Shown: positions 18,332 through 28,553 of the stretch, in pieces
Position numbering within the stretch: the first letter of the stretch is position 1
Layout: each line of letters opens with the position of its first letter
IMG/VR virus record: IMGVR_UViG_3300031417_000380
Strand: one strand, 5' to 3'
Origin: a virus
Length of the DNA: 64,000 nucleotides
Translations under genes and position numbers: made by a program
Notes under the pieces: generated by a model
The model's input: only the letters and a program-made list of their open reading frames with translations
What the model was told of the DNA's origin: nothing
Database searches by the model: none

Positions 18332-19117
18332 TCATGCTAGCAGCTCAGGGTCAAGCGAACAAACGACCAGCTTATCATCGAGCGCTGCAAAGCGCTGGCG
18401 GATCTGGTCTTCACGCTCAGGGAGCTCCTGCAAGATCTTCGGGCGCACAGAGTTGGTCTCTCGTAGTCGCTCTGACTCCTCGTAGTACGCCACAAAGCTC
18501 GAAGCCGAGCCGGTTTCAAAGTACGCGTTACGCTGATCGACGAGCTCTCTAAGCGTCGCACGAACTGTGATATAGCGATCTGACAAGGCCTGGAGCTCAT
18601 CCGCACCAGTTAGCTTTACGGTCTCAGGTTCATAAAGCATGACAAAGTGCTCAATGTGCTCTTGCAGAAGGTGATGACTCAAAGTCAGTGGCGCAACACT
18701 CGCCTGAAGCGCTCGCCACGCATCCATGAGTCGTTCAACCTGAGTCTGAGCATGTGTGGCAGCATCTTCGCCAAACCACTCGTGGAACCCGCTTGTCGTC
18801 GCTTCACAAAGACTGCGGACGCTCTCATCGACAGCCGCTTCTTTGAGGTTCATGAGTCGCTGAAGCGTCGCCGAGGGAGTGGTGTCTTTAGGAAATAGCT
18901 CGTAGCGAAGCTTGGGAACAAGCCGATCAAAGACTAATTCTGCTTCGGGTGCAGCGAGCTTAAGCCCGCGCTGCGAAATCTCCTTTGTTAGACCGCCGGG
19001 GCTAAACGTAACGGGCTCCGGGAGAGAAGGGAAGATCTCTTCAGCAGTCGCCATAAACGCGAAGGCTAGAAATACCGGCTTGGGATAACGATCTTTTGTT
19101 GGGATGGAATACTTCAC
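18332..19117 (-). CDS. Family A paralog
   Basis: TLSHHLLQEHI ... DQRNAYFETGSASSFVAYY. Confidence 0.85.
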   Translation of the reverse strand: MKYSIPTKDRYPKPVFLAFAFMATAEEIFPSLPEPVTFSPGGLTKEISQRGLKLAAPEAELVFDRLVPKLRYELFPKDTTPSATLQRLMNLKEAAVDESVRSLCEATTSGFHEWFGEDAATHAQTQVERLMDAWRALQASVAPLTLSHHLLQEHIEHFVMLYEPETVKLTGADELQALSDRYITVRATLRELVDQRNAYFETGSASSFVAYYEESERLRETNSVRPKILQELPEREDQIRQRFAALDDKLVVCSLDPELLA

Positions 19118-20181
19118 TCTGTAATCTCCTCAACCAGAACGGCCGCGATAAGCCGATCGTAGTGCTCTTCCACCTTTACTAGAAGCCCACTTCCGTAAAC
19201 GTTGATCTCCGTACCGAGCCCGATCGAAGCAACCCGCTTAGCGAGATTCTCTGGTGAAAGTGCATCGACCGCATCCTCGAAGCGCTCATGAGTGGGCCGG
19301 TTGAAATATGCGGTACGGGTTCGAAGAGCATCAGCAAAGAGAGCGTCAGCAAAAATGCTCTGATCGATCCCCGAGACGTTCAGGCTGATCTGTGCGTACG
19401 CTCGAGTCGCAAGCTGTTCGTGGTCTACGAGCATGAGGTACTTCTTAGTGGTGCGCTTAAGCACGGATCGGTCGTGCTCGATAGACGCGAGGAAGCTGTC
19501 TTCAAACTTCTCAGCAAGCTCAGTGTTCACTGTGCCGGTGGCTTCGAGTTCAAAAGATCGAAGCCCCTCTAGAGCCTCGGAGAGGAGACTCATGCCTTCA
19601 TCAAAGTTCTGGAAAGCCTGAGTCACTCGCTCTGACTTAAAGCGTGCTTTGCCGTTAACCAGAATGTGGTTGTAGAACGGGTCAATGATTTGACTAGCGT
19701 CCCTCTGCAGCGAGATCATTTTTCGTCTGTCGAACGACTCTTCAAACGGATCGAGGATCTCCATGATACGAGCGTTAAAGCTAGAGTTTAGATCGCGAAG
19801 ACTCCCCAGGGACTGTTCCGGAATAGCAACATCGAGAGAACCGAGTTCAAAGGAGAGCTCCGCCATCGATGCCAAGCGATTATGCAACGTTCGCCAGCGC
19901 AGCATAAGGGTCGAGGTTAGAACAGACTGACTCCAGCTGCAGCCGATGGACCGTAACGCGATGAGCGTTTCGTCTGGGCTGAACTGATCGACGTAACTAT
20001 CAAGTGCTGGATTGACCGTCATGCCTCTTGCTGCTTCAGCTGCCTCTACGAGGCGGGCAACAACTTCGCCTCGCAGTCCAGGGTCGTAGCCTCCGCGAGC
20101 ATGAGCCCCAATGAAGGCGCTAGCCGCTTCAGACACCGCTGTAAGCACCCCATTGAGGGTAAGGCTTTCGCTGGTACGCAC
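19114..20181 (-). CDS. Family A paralog with an extra ~100-aa N-terminal segment
   Basis: LRTRTAYFNRPTHERFEDAV ... YDRLIAAVLV; AGGAG RBS. Confidence 0.82.
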   Translation of the reverse strand: MRTSESLTLNGVLTAVSEAASAFIGAHARGGYDPGLRGEVVARLVEAAEAARGMTVNPALDSYVDQFSPDETLIALRSIGCSWSQSVLTSTLMLRWRTLHNRLASMAELSFELGSLDVAIPEQSLGSLRDLNSSFNARIMEILDPFEESFDRRKMISLQRDASQIIDPFYNHILVNGKARFKSERVTQAFQNFDEGMSLLSEALEGLRSFELEATGTVNTELAEKFEDSFLASIEHDRSVLKRTTKKYLMLVDHEQLATRAYAQISLNVSGIDQSIFADALFADALRTRTAYFNRPTHERFEDAVDALSPENLAKRVASIGLGTEINVYGSGLLVKVEEHYDRLIAAVLVEEITE

Positions 20182-20289
20182 GATTGTCTCCTAGGTCAAC
20201 ACGAATCATACACCACAAAATGACGGGAGGCCAAAAGTTCTGTAGTAGACCTACGGCCTGCTCAGACTTGGGAGTTACTACACCGTGGT

Positions 20290-20988
20290 TTACTCAGTAA
20301 CGATGCGTAGCATGGAGGCAACAGAAAGCTTGTCGTAGAGATCGCAAAGCTCAAGATACGCCGGATCAAGTCGGTAGTCTGATGAGAAGCCGAGATTCGC
20401 CACCTCCGACTGACCAAAGACATGTTCTGGATCAAAGGCCTCAGCACAGCGTTGAAGTTGCTTCGCTGTCGGCTCCTTGAAGTACTTAGATCGAGCTCGA
20501 TGTGCTTTGGAGAGCAAGTCATGCTGGAGATTGTCCGACGTAGACTCATGCCGAAGCAAGAACTCATCGATCTCTACCTCCATCGAGATCATGGTGAGGT
20601 AGTGCTGATCAATCCGGTCTAGATTGTCGAGAGTTCTCAGGGCAGCTTTTCGATGCTTCAGCATCTGACGGCTTTTCGGAGCTGCTTCGTACACACCGTA
20701 GTAGGTCGCAAGAAAGGCTGCGAAGCTGTCAGCTAGCTCCACGTAGTGCTTTCTTAAGTGCTTACGTTGGTGGAAAGCTTGAGTTAAGAGCTCATCGATC
20801 GGCCCTTCGCTCCAGCCAAGAGGAAGACACTGTAGTAGGGCTATAGCGCTTTCGGCGAAAGCGTTACGTTGAGGCTTAGCCTCGTGGCTTAGCCCCTTCG
20901 CTCTCATCAGCTTCTGGATAGCACTACGCTGTGCGATCAACGCTTGAACGAGCTCCTGCACTCCGACCTCGTCCTGGTACGACTCCAT
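20290..20988 (-). CDS. Family A paralog
   Basis: HRARSKYFKEPTAKQLQRC ... YDKLSVASML. Confidence 0.82.
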   Translation of the reverse strand: MESYQDEVGVQELVQALIAQRSAIQKLMRAKGLSHEAKPQRNAFAESAIALLQCLPLGWSEGPIDELLTQAFHQRKHLRKHYVELADSFAAFLATYYGVYEAAPKSRQMLKHRKAALRTLDNLDRIDQHYLTMISMEVEIDEFLLRHESTSDNLQHDLLSKAHRARSKYFKEPTAKQLQRCAEAFDPEHVFGQSEVANLGFSSDYRLDPAYLELCDLYDKLSVASMLRIVTE

Positions 20989-21413
20989 CAGCGACTCTTA
21001 GCTCGATTCCAGTCGCAGGATGTGCCGATGTCGCTTCCGCCGTACTCGCTGGAGACACAGACCACTGAGAGGTTCTTGTTCTTGACCGTGTAGCTCTTCA
21101 TAGAGCCGGTGTCCTTAGTCGGCTTCCCCGAACGCACGGAACCCCAATCACAATCCGGCTTGGGGTCACTTCCGCCGTAGCTTGACGCTACGCAGTCCAC
21201 CACTTCACCGCTAGGCAACTCGATGGCGAAGATCGCAAGGTCCTCGCTATCCACTCCCGCCGGCGGCTCGGTGTACTCGTCAGTTGACTCGCCAGAATCG
21301 TCTGAATAAGGCGCATCATCGAAACCGGACGGTACGCCATCCGAGCAGCCGGTGAGCAGGAGCGTTGAGCTCAACAGAAGGAGCGCTGACGACGCAAGAA
21401 GGAGCTTCTTCAT
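20988..21413 (-). CDS. Lipoprotein with two Cys-linked repeat units (start corrected from 21443)
   Basis: MKKLLL...LLTG-C lipobox; CVASSYGGSDPKPDCDW and CVSSEYGGSDIGTSCDW. Confidence 0.82.
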   Translation of the reverse strand: MKKLLLASSALLLLSSTLLLTGCSDGVPSGFDDAPYSDDSGESTDEYTEPPAGVDSEDLAIFAIELPSGEVVDCVASSYGGSDPKPDCDWGSVRSGKPTKDTGSMKSYTVKNKNLSVVCVSSEYGGSDIGTSCDWNRAKSR

Positions 21414-21414
21414 C

Positions 21415-21561
21415 TCAACGCTCGCCGACGATGGTGATCTCATCAGCGTCGAAACCGAGGCCGATGAGCCACTGAACTGTCTTCATGGCGTGGAAGATGC
21501 GGCCGGTGGTGTTGCGGTAGACGGCATCGATGTGCTTGTAGTGGAGCTCAACGGTAAACAT
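21415..21561 (-). CDS. Small 48-aa leaderless ORF not in the ORF track
   Basis: TTGCGT-17 bp-TAGGAT, 6 nt before ATG; MFTVELHYKHIDAVYRNTTGRIFHAMKTVQWLIGLGFDADEITIVGER. Confidence 0.65.
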   Translation of the reverse strand: MFTVELHYKHIDAVYRNTTGRIFHAMKTVQWLIGLGFDADEITIVGER

Positions 21562-21628
21562 ATGTTGATCCTAACGCCCAAAGCAAAGCTACGCAAACGG
21601 GAATATTTCCGATATACTGGATTCTTAC

Positions 21629-22354
21629 TTAGCTTTCGATCACCGAGAGAAGTGTCTGTACCTCAAGCTGCTCCCAGAAGTACTCTAAAGTCGGCTCGAT
21701 TCGACTTGCACTTACTCGATTTCCCATAGCACGTTGATTGTAGCGTCGATAGAGCTGGCTCTCGACGAGAGTCTGAGCGTGATCTCGGTATGACTCAAGT
21801 GCGGTAAGTTCGGAGTGACGAAAGTACTGAGCATGAGCTTCACGAAGAGGCGCGAACGCAGCTTTACCCGCCCGCTTAGGAAAGAACGAACCGTAAACGA
21901 TGAGCATTTCGAGATGTCCTTGCATTGCTACGTGACTCGGTTTGAGCAAAGCTACGGAGTGCTTGAGCTTGGCCAAAGACTCAGGCATCATCTTTAGCGC
22001 GTACTCTTCAGTCGAAGTAGGAACGACACCGATTTCAGCGTACTCTGCCTCCACACGGTACTGAAGTTTCTCAGTCAATGTCTCAAGTTCACTGACCGTT
22101 CGTACGAGCTGCCAGAGAGTCGACGAGAACTCTTCCTCGGTGTCAAGCCGGTCGATGAAGTTGTAGATGTGGTGAAGATCGTCCTCTACTCGCCCGTAAA
22201 CCGCGTGAGGCTCGGCGTAATCAGCTTTCTCCACAACCTCAAAGAATGCGTTGACACGCTTGATCCAACGATTTAGATGCTCGCGAAGAAGCTTCTCCTG
22301 GGGAGCTACCACAGCCCAATCCGGCGGCGGATCACGCTCAATAAACTTAGGCAC
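21629..22354 (-). CDS. Family A paralog
   Basis: KPSHVAMQGHLE ... LREAHAQYFRHSELTALESY; TAGTGT 6 nt before GTG. Confidence 0.85.
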   Translation of the reverse strand: MPKFIERDPPPDWAVVAPQEKLLREHLNRWIKRVNAFFEVVEKADYAEPHAVYGRVEDDLHHIYNFIDRLDTEEEFSSTLWQLVRTVSELETLTEKLQYRVEAEYAEIGVVPTSTEEYALKMMPESLAKLKHSVALLKPSHVAMQGHLEMLIVYGSFFPKRAGKAAFAPLREAHAQYFRHSELTALESYRDHAQTLVESQLYRRYNQRAMGNRVSASRIEPTLEYFWEQLEVQTLLSVIES

Positions 22355-22400
22355 GAAACCACACTAACACACAGCTGATCCATCATGCGATCGATTCTTC

Positions 22401-22439
22401 GATTTATGTTTTGCGTAAAGAGCGTAGACCATGTATCGT
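22401..22439 (+). promoter_or_regulatory. Cassette-type sigmaA promoter
   Basis: GATTTATGTT-TTGCGT-17 bp-TATCGT. Confidence 0.65.
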
Positions 22440-22481
22440 AGGTCTTGTCCGTTACACAACAACTCAGGAAGGATGACGGTC

Positions 22482-22679
22482 ATGGCGAAGATCCCGGTGC
22501 TCGCAGAAGCACTCTACAAGAACGAAAGCGACGCTCCGGTGGAGCTCATGATCCCGGTCGGGTCTTCCGTCCTCGTTCACTACGATGAGCGACGCTTCTC
22601 CTACCGCGTCGACTCCTCGCCGGCTGAGCCGATGTCCGTCGTGCTCCAGCCCCAGGAGGAGCTCGAACAAGTCTTCTAG
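22482..22679 (+). CDS. Small hypothetical protein inserted antisense within the family A array
   Basis: AGGAAGGA RBS, GC3-rich codons. Confidence 0.72.
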   Translation: MAKIPVLAEALYKNESDAPVELMIPVGSSVLVHYDERRFSYRVDSSPAEPMSVVLQPQEELEQVF

Positions 22680-22713
22680 TCGACCAACCTACTGAAAGAA
22701 ACAATCGAATAGC

Positions 22714-22743
22714 CCGAAGGCCTGCCGCGTGGCAGGCCTTCGG
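22714..22743. terminator. Perfect 13-bp hairpin between convergent genes
   Basis: CCGAAGGCCTGCC-GCGT-GGCAGGCCTTCGG. Confidence 0.65.
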
Positions 22744-22855
22744 TGCGTTAGCAGACAGTTAGCACACCGTGCCGGGCTCGACACACGATGAATCGTTCTT
22801 CGACTAGGTCGCTGTCTATCGGCTGTTCACCGCGAGCCACAGGCCTTTGCTTCCG

Positions 22856-23551
22856 TCAGTCCACCATGCTGACGAGCTCAGCCACCTGAAGCTTCGAGAA
22901 CAGCTCAATGCGGAAGGCGGTGACCTCCTGGGCCTTGAGCGCGAGCTCCATGTGCTCCGAGTCAATCTTCAACTCAGTCACGAGCTCCTCGATTGGTTCG
23001 GCTGTAGCGATGTAGTCCGCAAGGTGAACGTTCGAAGGCTCTAGTACGTAATCGTCGCGCCAAGCCTTTAGCTCCGCGAGGTCGAACGCCGCTACCTTGT
23101 GCGCTACCGCGTAGAGCAAACAGTAGTGTTGCTGCATGAGAGCGGTGTTCTTATTCGCCTTCTCCGCAAGAGCTTCGAATCTTCTATAGGTCTCAAGAGC
23201 TTCCGAGACGGCGCTCTCAGCCGTCTTTCGGTGCCACTTTCCGGTCTCGGTAGCAACACCTGCGTTCAAGTTGCTACCGATTCGCCGAACAAGGGCCGAG
23301 ACGGGTGCTACCTGAGCTTTGAGATTACTAATCTGTTGGAGAGTGTTATTGACGCTTGCGTAGGTCAGGAAACCGGAGAGCTCAGACAGTTCTCGCTCGA
23401 TGGCTTCAACTAGCTCAGGAGCAGTGTCTGCGATGCCTCGCTCCTTAGGAAGGTTGCTGCGCACTAGGAGAGAGTAAGCAATGTTGAGCTTGCCGTGTAC
23501 CGCCTCGAGCTCGCAGTGCAGCAAGGATGCGAAGTCACGACTGGTGGTCAT
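22856..23551 (-). CDS. Family A paralog
   Basis: TALMQQHYC ... AWRDDYVLEPSNVHLADYI ... FSKLQVAELV. Confidence 0.85.
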   Translation of the reverse strand: MTTSRDFASLLHCELEAVHGKLNIAYSLLVRSNLPKERGIADTAPELVEAIERELSELSGFLTYASVNNTLQQISNLKAQVAPVSALVRRIGSNLNAGVATETGKWHRKTAESAVSEALETYRRFEALAEKANKNTALMQQHYCLLYAVAHKVAAFDLAELKAWRDDYVLEPSNVHLADYIATAEPIEELVTELKIDSEHMELALKAQEVTAFRIELFSKLQVAELVSMVD

Positions 23552-24282
23552 CTGATCTCTCCCATGAGTCCTGCGACCTCAAGCTCAGGTTCAAGTTCTT
23601 CACGCTTCTGGCGCAGGTGCTCAAAGAAGTCAGGTGCGTTTAGCCTGGCCTGGTACTCCTGGAAACGCTTATCCTGAACGAGCTCAGAGACATGCGTGAG
23701 ATAGGCGTTCATGCCATCAGCGGTGACTTCGCTAAAGAGCGCATCTCGAAGACTCACGAGCGTGGCAAAGTACCGGCCTCGCTCAAGATCGGCGTTCAAG
23801 ACCTGCTGCTCTTTTGCCTTGCGTTCAATCCGTGTCGTATCTCTACCGAAGGTAAGTTCGCCGCCGGTTCGAAGCACCGCCGTGTAGAGGAAGTGGCTTT
23901 GCAGTAACAGATGAACGCTCTCGAGCTCACTTACGATGAGTTGAAGCTCAGCGCAGTTCTGAGCAACCTCGTTCGACTGACGAAGCTGCACCGGATCGGT
24001 AAAACAGCCCTCCGCTGCGACGACAGCCTGCTGAACACGCGAGAGATCGGCCGTCAAGGAGTCGTTCCTTACGAAAGACTCAAGCTGTGGGTATTCAAGA
24101 AGGCCCTGAAGCGTCATGTCAAGTCGAGCTAGCGCGATAACGAGATCTTCAGATGGCCCGTCTATCGAAGTGCTAAACGAGGAGCGAGCGAGTGAGCGGT
24201 GTAGCTCAATCACAGATTTCAGCACAGCCTTTGCGCGACGAATCGGCGGCGGCTGAACCTCGGGGAACGAGTGACGCTTCAT
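23548..24282 (-). CDS. Family A paralog
   Basis: SVHLLLQSHF ... SLRDALFSEVTADGMNAYL. Confidence 0.85.
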   Translation of the reverse strand: MKRHSFPEVQPPPIRRAKAVLKSVIELHRSLARSSFSTSIDGPSEDLVIALARLDMTLQGLLEYPQLESFVRNDSLTADLSRVQQAVVAAEGCFTDPVQLRQSNEVAQNCAELQLIVSELESVHLLLQSHFLYTAVLRTGGELTFGRDTTRIERKAKEQQVLNADLERGRYFATLVSLRDALFSEVTADGMNAYLTHVSELVQDKRFQEYQARLNAPDFFEHLRQKREELEPELEVAGLMGEIR

Positions 24283-24527
24283 GCAGCCTTCTCACGGTCA
24301 GCGATGATGGAATCGAAGTCAGCGATCTCGTTGACGATGGCGAGCTTCTCGCGAACCTTCTTCTCGACGAGCTTGCGAGCCGGCTTCGAGTTCACCTGCC
24401 CGGAGTTATACTGCTCCGAGGCGACAACCAGCTCAGCGTTGACCACCACCAGGTCGTCCTGGTACATCTTCCGGTAGCCCTTGAGCTCGGCGACGGTGGA
24501 GTTGCGGTAGTCAGCGGAGGTAGCCAC
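24279..24527 (-). CDS. Small coiled-coil hypothetical protein (cassette type)
   Basis: GAAAGG RBS; upstream cassette promoter; ATGA coupling to the next family A gene. Confidence 0.78.
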   Translation of the reverse strand: MATSADYRNSTVAELKGYRKMYQDDLVVVNAELVVASEQYNSGQVNSKPARKLVEKKVREKLAIVNEIADFDSIIADREKAA

Positions 24528-24574
24528 GATGTTCGCCTTTCGAGAAGATGTACCACGGTTGTGGTGATGAGTTC

Positions 24575-24610
24575 ATAGTACACGACTAAACACACGATGC
24601 AACACAAAAA
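24575..24610 (-). promoter_or_regulatory. Cassette-type sigmaA promoter
   Basis: Minus strand TTTTTGTG-TTGCAT-16 bp-TACTAT. Confidence 0.7.
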
Positions 24611-24681
24611 AGCTCAGCTTCTAGATCACACGGCGGCTCGCGTCGGCGGCAAGATACTGTCTATCAGACACTCACTGACGG

Positions 24682-25419
24682 CTAGATAGCGCTATCCTCG
24701 AACGCGCCACTCATGAGGGAGGCCGCCACAACACCGGCGAAAGCGACCGACGCTCTCTCGGCAAGGCTAGGATCGTTCTGACTTGGATTGAGAAAGCCGC
24801 CGTTCTTACAGCCGATGATCTCAGCCTCCTCGATGTACGCCTCTAGACCTGCCTCCGTCGGGTTCAGGAAGTACTCGTCGAATATCTTGCGGAGCACAGC
24901 GAAGCGCTTGTTGCGCTTGCGCAGACGCATCTCAAGAAGGTTCGGAATGCTGAGCTCCTTGGGATCGCTAAAGTTCGTTTCGTAGATCTCGACGCTTAGA
25001 GAGAAGTGTTCCTGCAGGAGGAGGTGTACTTCGGTTAGATGGCCGAACACGTCTTCGAGGAGCACCATGTGCTCGTCAAAGCGCGGAGAGAGGTTCTTAA
25101 GTCCATCGGTTTCAGACGACGGCAGATGCTTTCTAGCGTAGAGTGTGAGTTCTTGAACCGCGTCTGCGGCCTCGTTCAAGAGTTTTAGCGATTCACGATA
25201 GCGAACCAACACCCTTTGCAGAGGCTCACTACCGGAACCGAGCGACTCAGAAAGAATCTCGCTGTGGATGCGATTGCTTAACTGGAGGTAGTCACTCTTA
25301 ACGAAGAAGACCGCCGGGACCGACTTAGCCCGATCAGTTATTCTCCAGCACTCCGTAAGTAGCGACCGAAGCTCCATCGCTAGACTACGCAACAAGCTCA
25401 TGGGGAGCGCCTGAGTCAT
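24682..25419 (-). CDS. Family A paralog
   Basis: TEVHLLLQEHF ... IFDEYFLNPTEAGLEAYIEEAE. Confidence 0.85.
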   Translation of the reverse strand: MTQALPMSLLRSLAMELRSLLTECWRITDRAKSVPAVFFVKSDYLQLSNRIHSEILSESLGSGSEPLQRVLVRYRESLKLLNEAADAVQELTLYARKHLPSSETDGLKNLSPRFDEHMVLLEDVFGHLTEVHLLLQEHFSLSVEIYETNFSDPKELSIPNLLEMRLRKRNKRFAVLRKIFDEYFLNPTEAGLEAYIEEAEIIGCKNGGFLNPSQNDPSLAERASVAFAGVVAASLMSGAFEDSAI

Positions 25420-26243
25420 GTTGTCTTCTCGTCGTCTAGCTCAAGCATTACAGCCGACACCTCGAGCTCATCTCTCAATCGGCAAAGATCAGACTGATCG
25501 TCAGGATGACGCGCGGATTTCTTGACTCCAAACGGATGGTTTCTCGCGTCAAGTCGATCTGCCTCTTCAATATACCGATGAACTCCTTCCGGCGTTACCC
25601 GGATGAAGAGCTCATCTCGAACAGCTGCTAGAGGCAGCAAGGCTTTGTGATGAGCGTAGACAGCTTTCTCATGTGCTCGGTCTAGTCGAGCTCTATCATC
25701 AGTATCCCCGGCCTGGTACAGTGCATCACGACGTTTTCCAGGTAATGTGAGTAATCGCAGGAGATCGAAGTGGCGTTGTAGTAGAAGGTGAATAGGTCCA
25801 AGCAGCGCGAGCGAGGTCGCAAAATCATCGAAAGCACGTTCAGTCTTTTTCACCGCAGCCTCGAGCTTGCGTCGCTCATCCGGAAGCACCGCAGCCGGCT
25901 CCCCATCGCTCAAAACATGGATAGTCGTCTTTACTTGAGCGATGTACTGTGAGAAAGCAGATCTGCAGCTACTGACTTTCGCCGTACCTCTAACGAAGCT
26001 GTAGACAGTCTCCATGACGCGATTAAGTTCGCTTCTCGAGTAATGGCTTTCCTCAAGGATTTCTGCGTAACGCTGAGCAACGTCGCTTCTTACGCTAAAA
26101 CATCGCTCCCAGCGTTGTGAGAAGTTTGCTCCGACAGAGTTATCCAGAAACCGGTACGACTCCAGGAACACAGAGGCCAATCGAAACGGCGGGGATCGAA
26201 GCAACGCTTTCTCATCGGCCGAAGCCACAGCTACTGTCTTCAC
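25416..26243 (-). CDS. Family A paralog
   Basis: GPIHLLLQRHF ... AVRDELFIRVTPEGVHRYIEEAD. Confidence 0.85.
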   Translation of the reverse strand: MKTVAVASADEKALLRSPPFRLASVFLESYRFLDNSVGANFSQRWERCFSVRSDVAQRYAEILEESHYSRSELNRVMETVYSFVRGTAKVSSCRSAFSQYIAQVKTTIHVLSDGEPAAVLPDERRKLEAAVKKTERAFDDFATSLALLGPIHLLLQRHFDLLRLLTLPGKRRDALYQAGDTDDRARLDRAHEKAVYAHHKALLPLAAVRDELFIRVTPEGVHRYIEEADRLDARNHPFGVKKSARHPDDQSDLCRLRDELEVSAVMLELDDEKTT

Positions 26244-26953
26244 TAGTTCACGTCCTCTAGAAGAATCGCTACCTGCAGGTCAGCCGCCACAGATTCGAGA
26301 CTACGACGGAAGCCAGCTTCCTTCGAGTCACCGATGATCTCCTCCGTCAGCAGAGCGTCCACGACAGCCGGCACAATCTCAAGGTAGGCGTCAAGATTGG
26401 CCATCGTCGGATGCTCAAGCATTACGTTACGAGCCGCAGCTGCCGCAAGGAGCGGTTCACGATAGCTATGCTGCCGTTCTCTACTTCTGGTCGAGAATTT
26501 ACGAACACTCCACGGAGTGAGCATACCGAAGTGACGCTGAAGAAGCACGGAGACTTGAGTGACTTCACGCATCTTTGTCTGAATAGAAAGTGCGTGCTCC
26601 TGCACGTAAACCGCGTTGCTGCTCACGACTTCAAGCATTTCAGCGTTCACCTCGCCGGAGCTCTGCCTAGCAGCGTTGGAGATAATGCTCACCATCGCAT
26701 CAAGGTGCTGAGTAAGCTTCTCACGACGCTTGACCATGAACGCAAAGTCGCAGTTTTCGAGCACTTCATCGTGAACGAGGGTAAAGTTCGCCTCCGCCTC
26801 TTCAAACTCGTAAGCCGCCTTTCTCCCCACCAGAAGCTCAAGAGCAGCGTACCAACTGATGCCGTCCGTGGCCATCGGCTCAATAGTGCTAGATACGGCC
26901 TCGGCTAAGTCCAGAAACGCATGCTCGAGCGGTGACGCAAGCTCTTCAAGCAT
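26243..26953 (-). CDS. Family A paralog
   Basis: QVSVLLQRHF ... AARNVMLEHPTMANLDAYLE; GAAAGG RBS. Confidence 0.85.
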   Translation of the reverse strand: MLEELASPLEHAFLDLAEAVSSTIEPMATDGISWYAALELLVGRKAAYEFEEAEANFTLVHDEVLENCDFAFMVKRREKLTQHLDAMVSIISNAARQSSGEVNAEMLEVVSSNAVYVQEHALSIQTKMREVTQVSVLLQRHFGMLTPWSVRKFSTRSRERQHSYREPLLAAAAARNVMLEHPTMANLDAYLEIVPAVVDALLTEEIIGDSKEAGFRRSLESVAADLQVAILLEDVN

Positions 26954-27094
26954 CAGAAGCCTTTCGTCGGTAATAGATTAAGGCCGATGCTATCACATGT
27001 GAACTGTTTCGACAACGTTTAGAATCAAATCTTAAACAAAGAATACATATTTCATTATATGACACACCAGGATACACACATATGTGTACGAAAC

Positions 27095-27829
27095 TTAGTC
27101 TATGACTTCGAGGAGCATCGACGCCTGAAGCTTGTCGCTAATCCGGAAGCGTTCGGCTTCGTGCTCCGGTGTCACAGGCTCAGCACGGAACGGATCAGCG
27201 TTCCAGACATCATCCGCTACGGTGAGGTAGTGTTCAACTCCGGCTTCAGTTAAGCTCTCGAAGAGAGAATCCCGGGCTTGGATAAGCTTTCCGTAGAACG
27301 AGGCCCGCTCTCTCGAAACTTCGATCCGCTCAAGCGTACTGTTAAAGAAGTTCGAAAAACCTACCGGAGGGTAGTCAGCCACTACAGTTAGTAGAAAGTG
27401 GCGTTGTACCTTGAGCATGGCAGGATGAATAGCATCTAACACGGTTCGAAGGTCGCTCGAACGCCCCATCAAAATCAATGCTCGTCTTTCCAAGTCGGCT
27501 GAGGAGCTCGGCGAGAGTGGGAGCAGTCTGCCAACGTTGCGCAACGCTTCGAGCGACTCAAAGAGAACAGTAAAGAAAGAATCTCTTCGGCTGTGTAGCT
27601 TCGCTAGACCGTTACCCGAGGACCTCATGAGCGTTGCTGTTACTGCAAACGCTGAGTCCGTCGCATCGAGCTTACGCTGAAATCGAAAGAACGGGGTGCC
27701 TTCACCGGTATCCTGAAGTGGAAGAGTGTCCACCGCAGCGTAAAGATCGGCGTGTCCACTAAGAGCAAGATGCTCATCCTTTAAACGCTCGAACGCCTGT
27801 TCTAGAGGAGTAAGCGCAAAGTTGAGCAT
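27095..27829 (-). CDS. Family A paralog
   Basis: PAMLKVQRHF ... QARDSLFESLTEAGVEHYL. Confidence 0.85.
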   Translation of the reverse strand: MLNFALTPLEQAFERLKDEHLALSGHADLYAAVDTLPLQDTGEGTPFFRFQRKLDATDSAFAVTATLMRSSGNGLAKLHSRRDSFFTVLFESLEALRNVGRLLPLSPSSSADLERRALILMGRSSDLRTVLDAIHPAMLKVQRHFLLTVVADYPPVGFSNFFNSTLERIEVSRERASFYGKLIQARDSLFESLTEAGVEHYLTVADDVWNADPFRAEPVTPEHEAERFRISDKLQASMLLEVID

Positions 27830-27830
27830 G

Positions 27831-28553
27831 CTAATCCTCTATTGTGAACATGACGAGCGAATCGACTAGGAGACTGTCAGTCAGTTCGCTAAGCTTTTCT
27901 TCCACCTTAGTCAGCTTGTGTGGCGGGACAAAGCGACGGTACTTCTTGCTGTAAAGAGTTGACTCAAGGGCTTCGACGTAGCTCTCAAGCTTATGGTGAG
28001 TCAGCTCCGTAAAAACTTCGTCTCGAGCGAGAGCTAGCTGCTTCGTCACAGCCTCGCGGTTTTTACGCGCTCGAGGAGGCATGTGCTTGTAGTCTGCAGG
28101 ATCAATCATCAAAAGCAAGAAGCACTGCTGTAGCTTGGAGTGGATCGGCCTTAAGAGAGAAAGCTGCACGAAGAGAGACTCTGCTTCATCCTCGAACGTC
28201 TCTAGCACTTTCCGGCGATGAGCCACAGCGCTATTGCTAACTTCGCCGTACGAATCCATAAGCGTTCGGCACTCTAGCATATACAGTTTGACCGCGGCGA
28301 TGATCTTCTCTTGAGACTTCATGAGTACATCGATCTGCTGTGGAACTGAAGAGACACCAAGGATAGCGCCGCTAATCTCACCCCAGGCTTGCCCCAGACG
28401 GTAAGCTGTTACAGCAGGAGTCGCCACAGTCCTGACCGAGCCAAGGCTATCGCTGTAGGAGAACTCAGTGCTGAACTCGTTAAAGAGTCGAAGAGCAAGC
28501 TCGCTCACACGCTGAGCTGTACGTCGTGGAGGCGAATCCAGGTAAAGGTTCAC
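27831..28553 (-). CDS. Family A paralog
   Basis: RPIHSKLQQCF ... LARDEVFTELTHHKLESYV; TACCAT 6 nt before GTG. Confidence 0.85.
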   Translation of the reverse strand: MNLYLDSPPRRTAQRVSELALRLFNEFSTEFSYSDSLGSVRTVATPAVTAYRLGQAWGEISGAILGVSSVPQQIDVLMKSQEKIIAAVKLYMLECRTLMDSYGEVSNSAVAHRRKVLETFEDEAESLFVQLSLLRPIHSKLQQCFLLLMIDPADYKHMPPRARKNREAVTKQLALARDEVFTELTHHKLESYVEALESTLYSKKYRRFVPPHKLTKVEEKLSELTDSLLVDSLVMFTIED

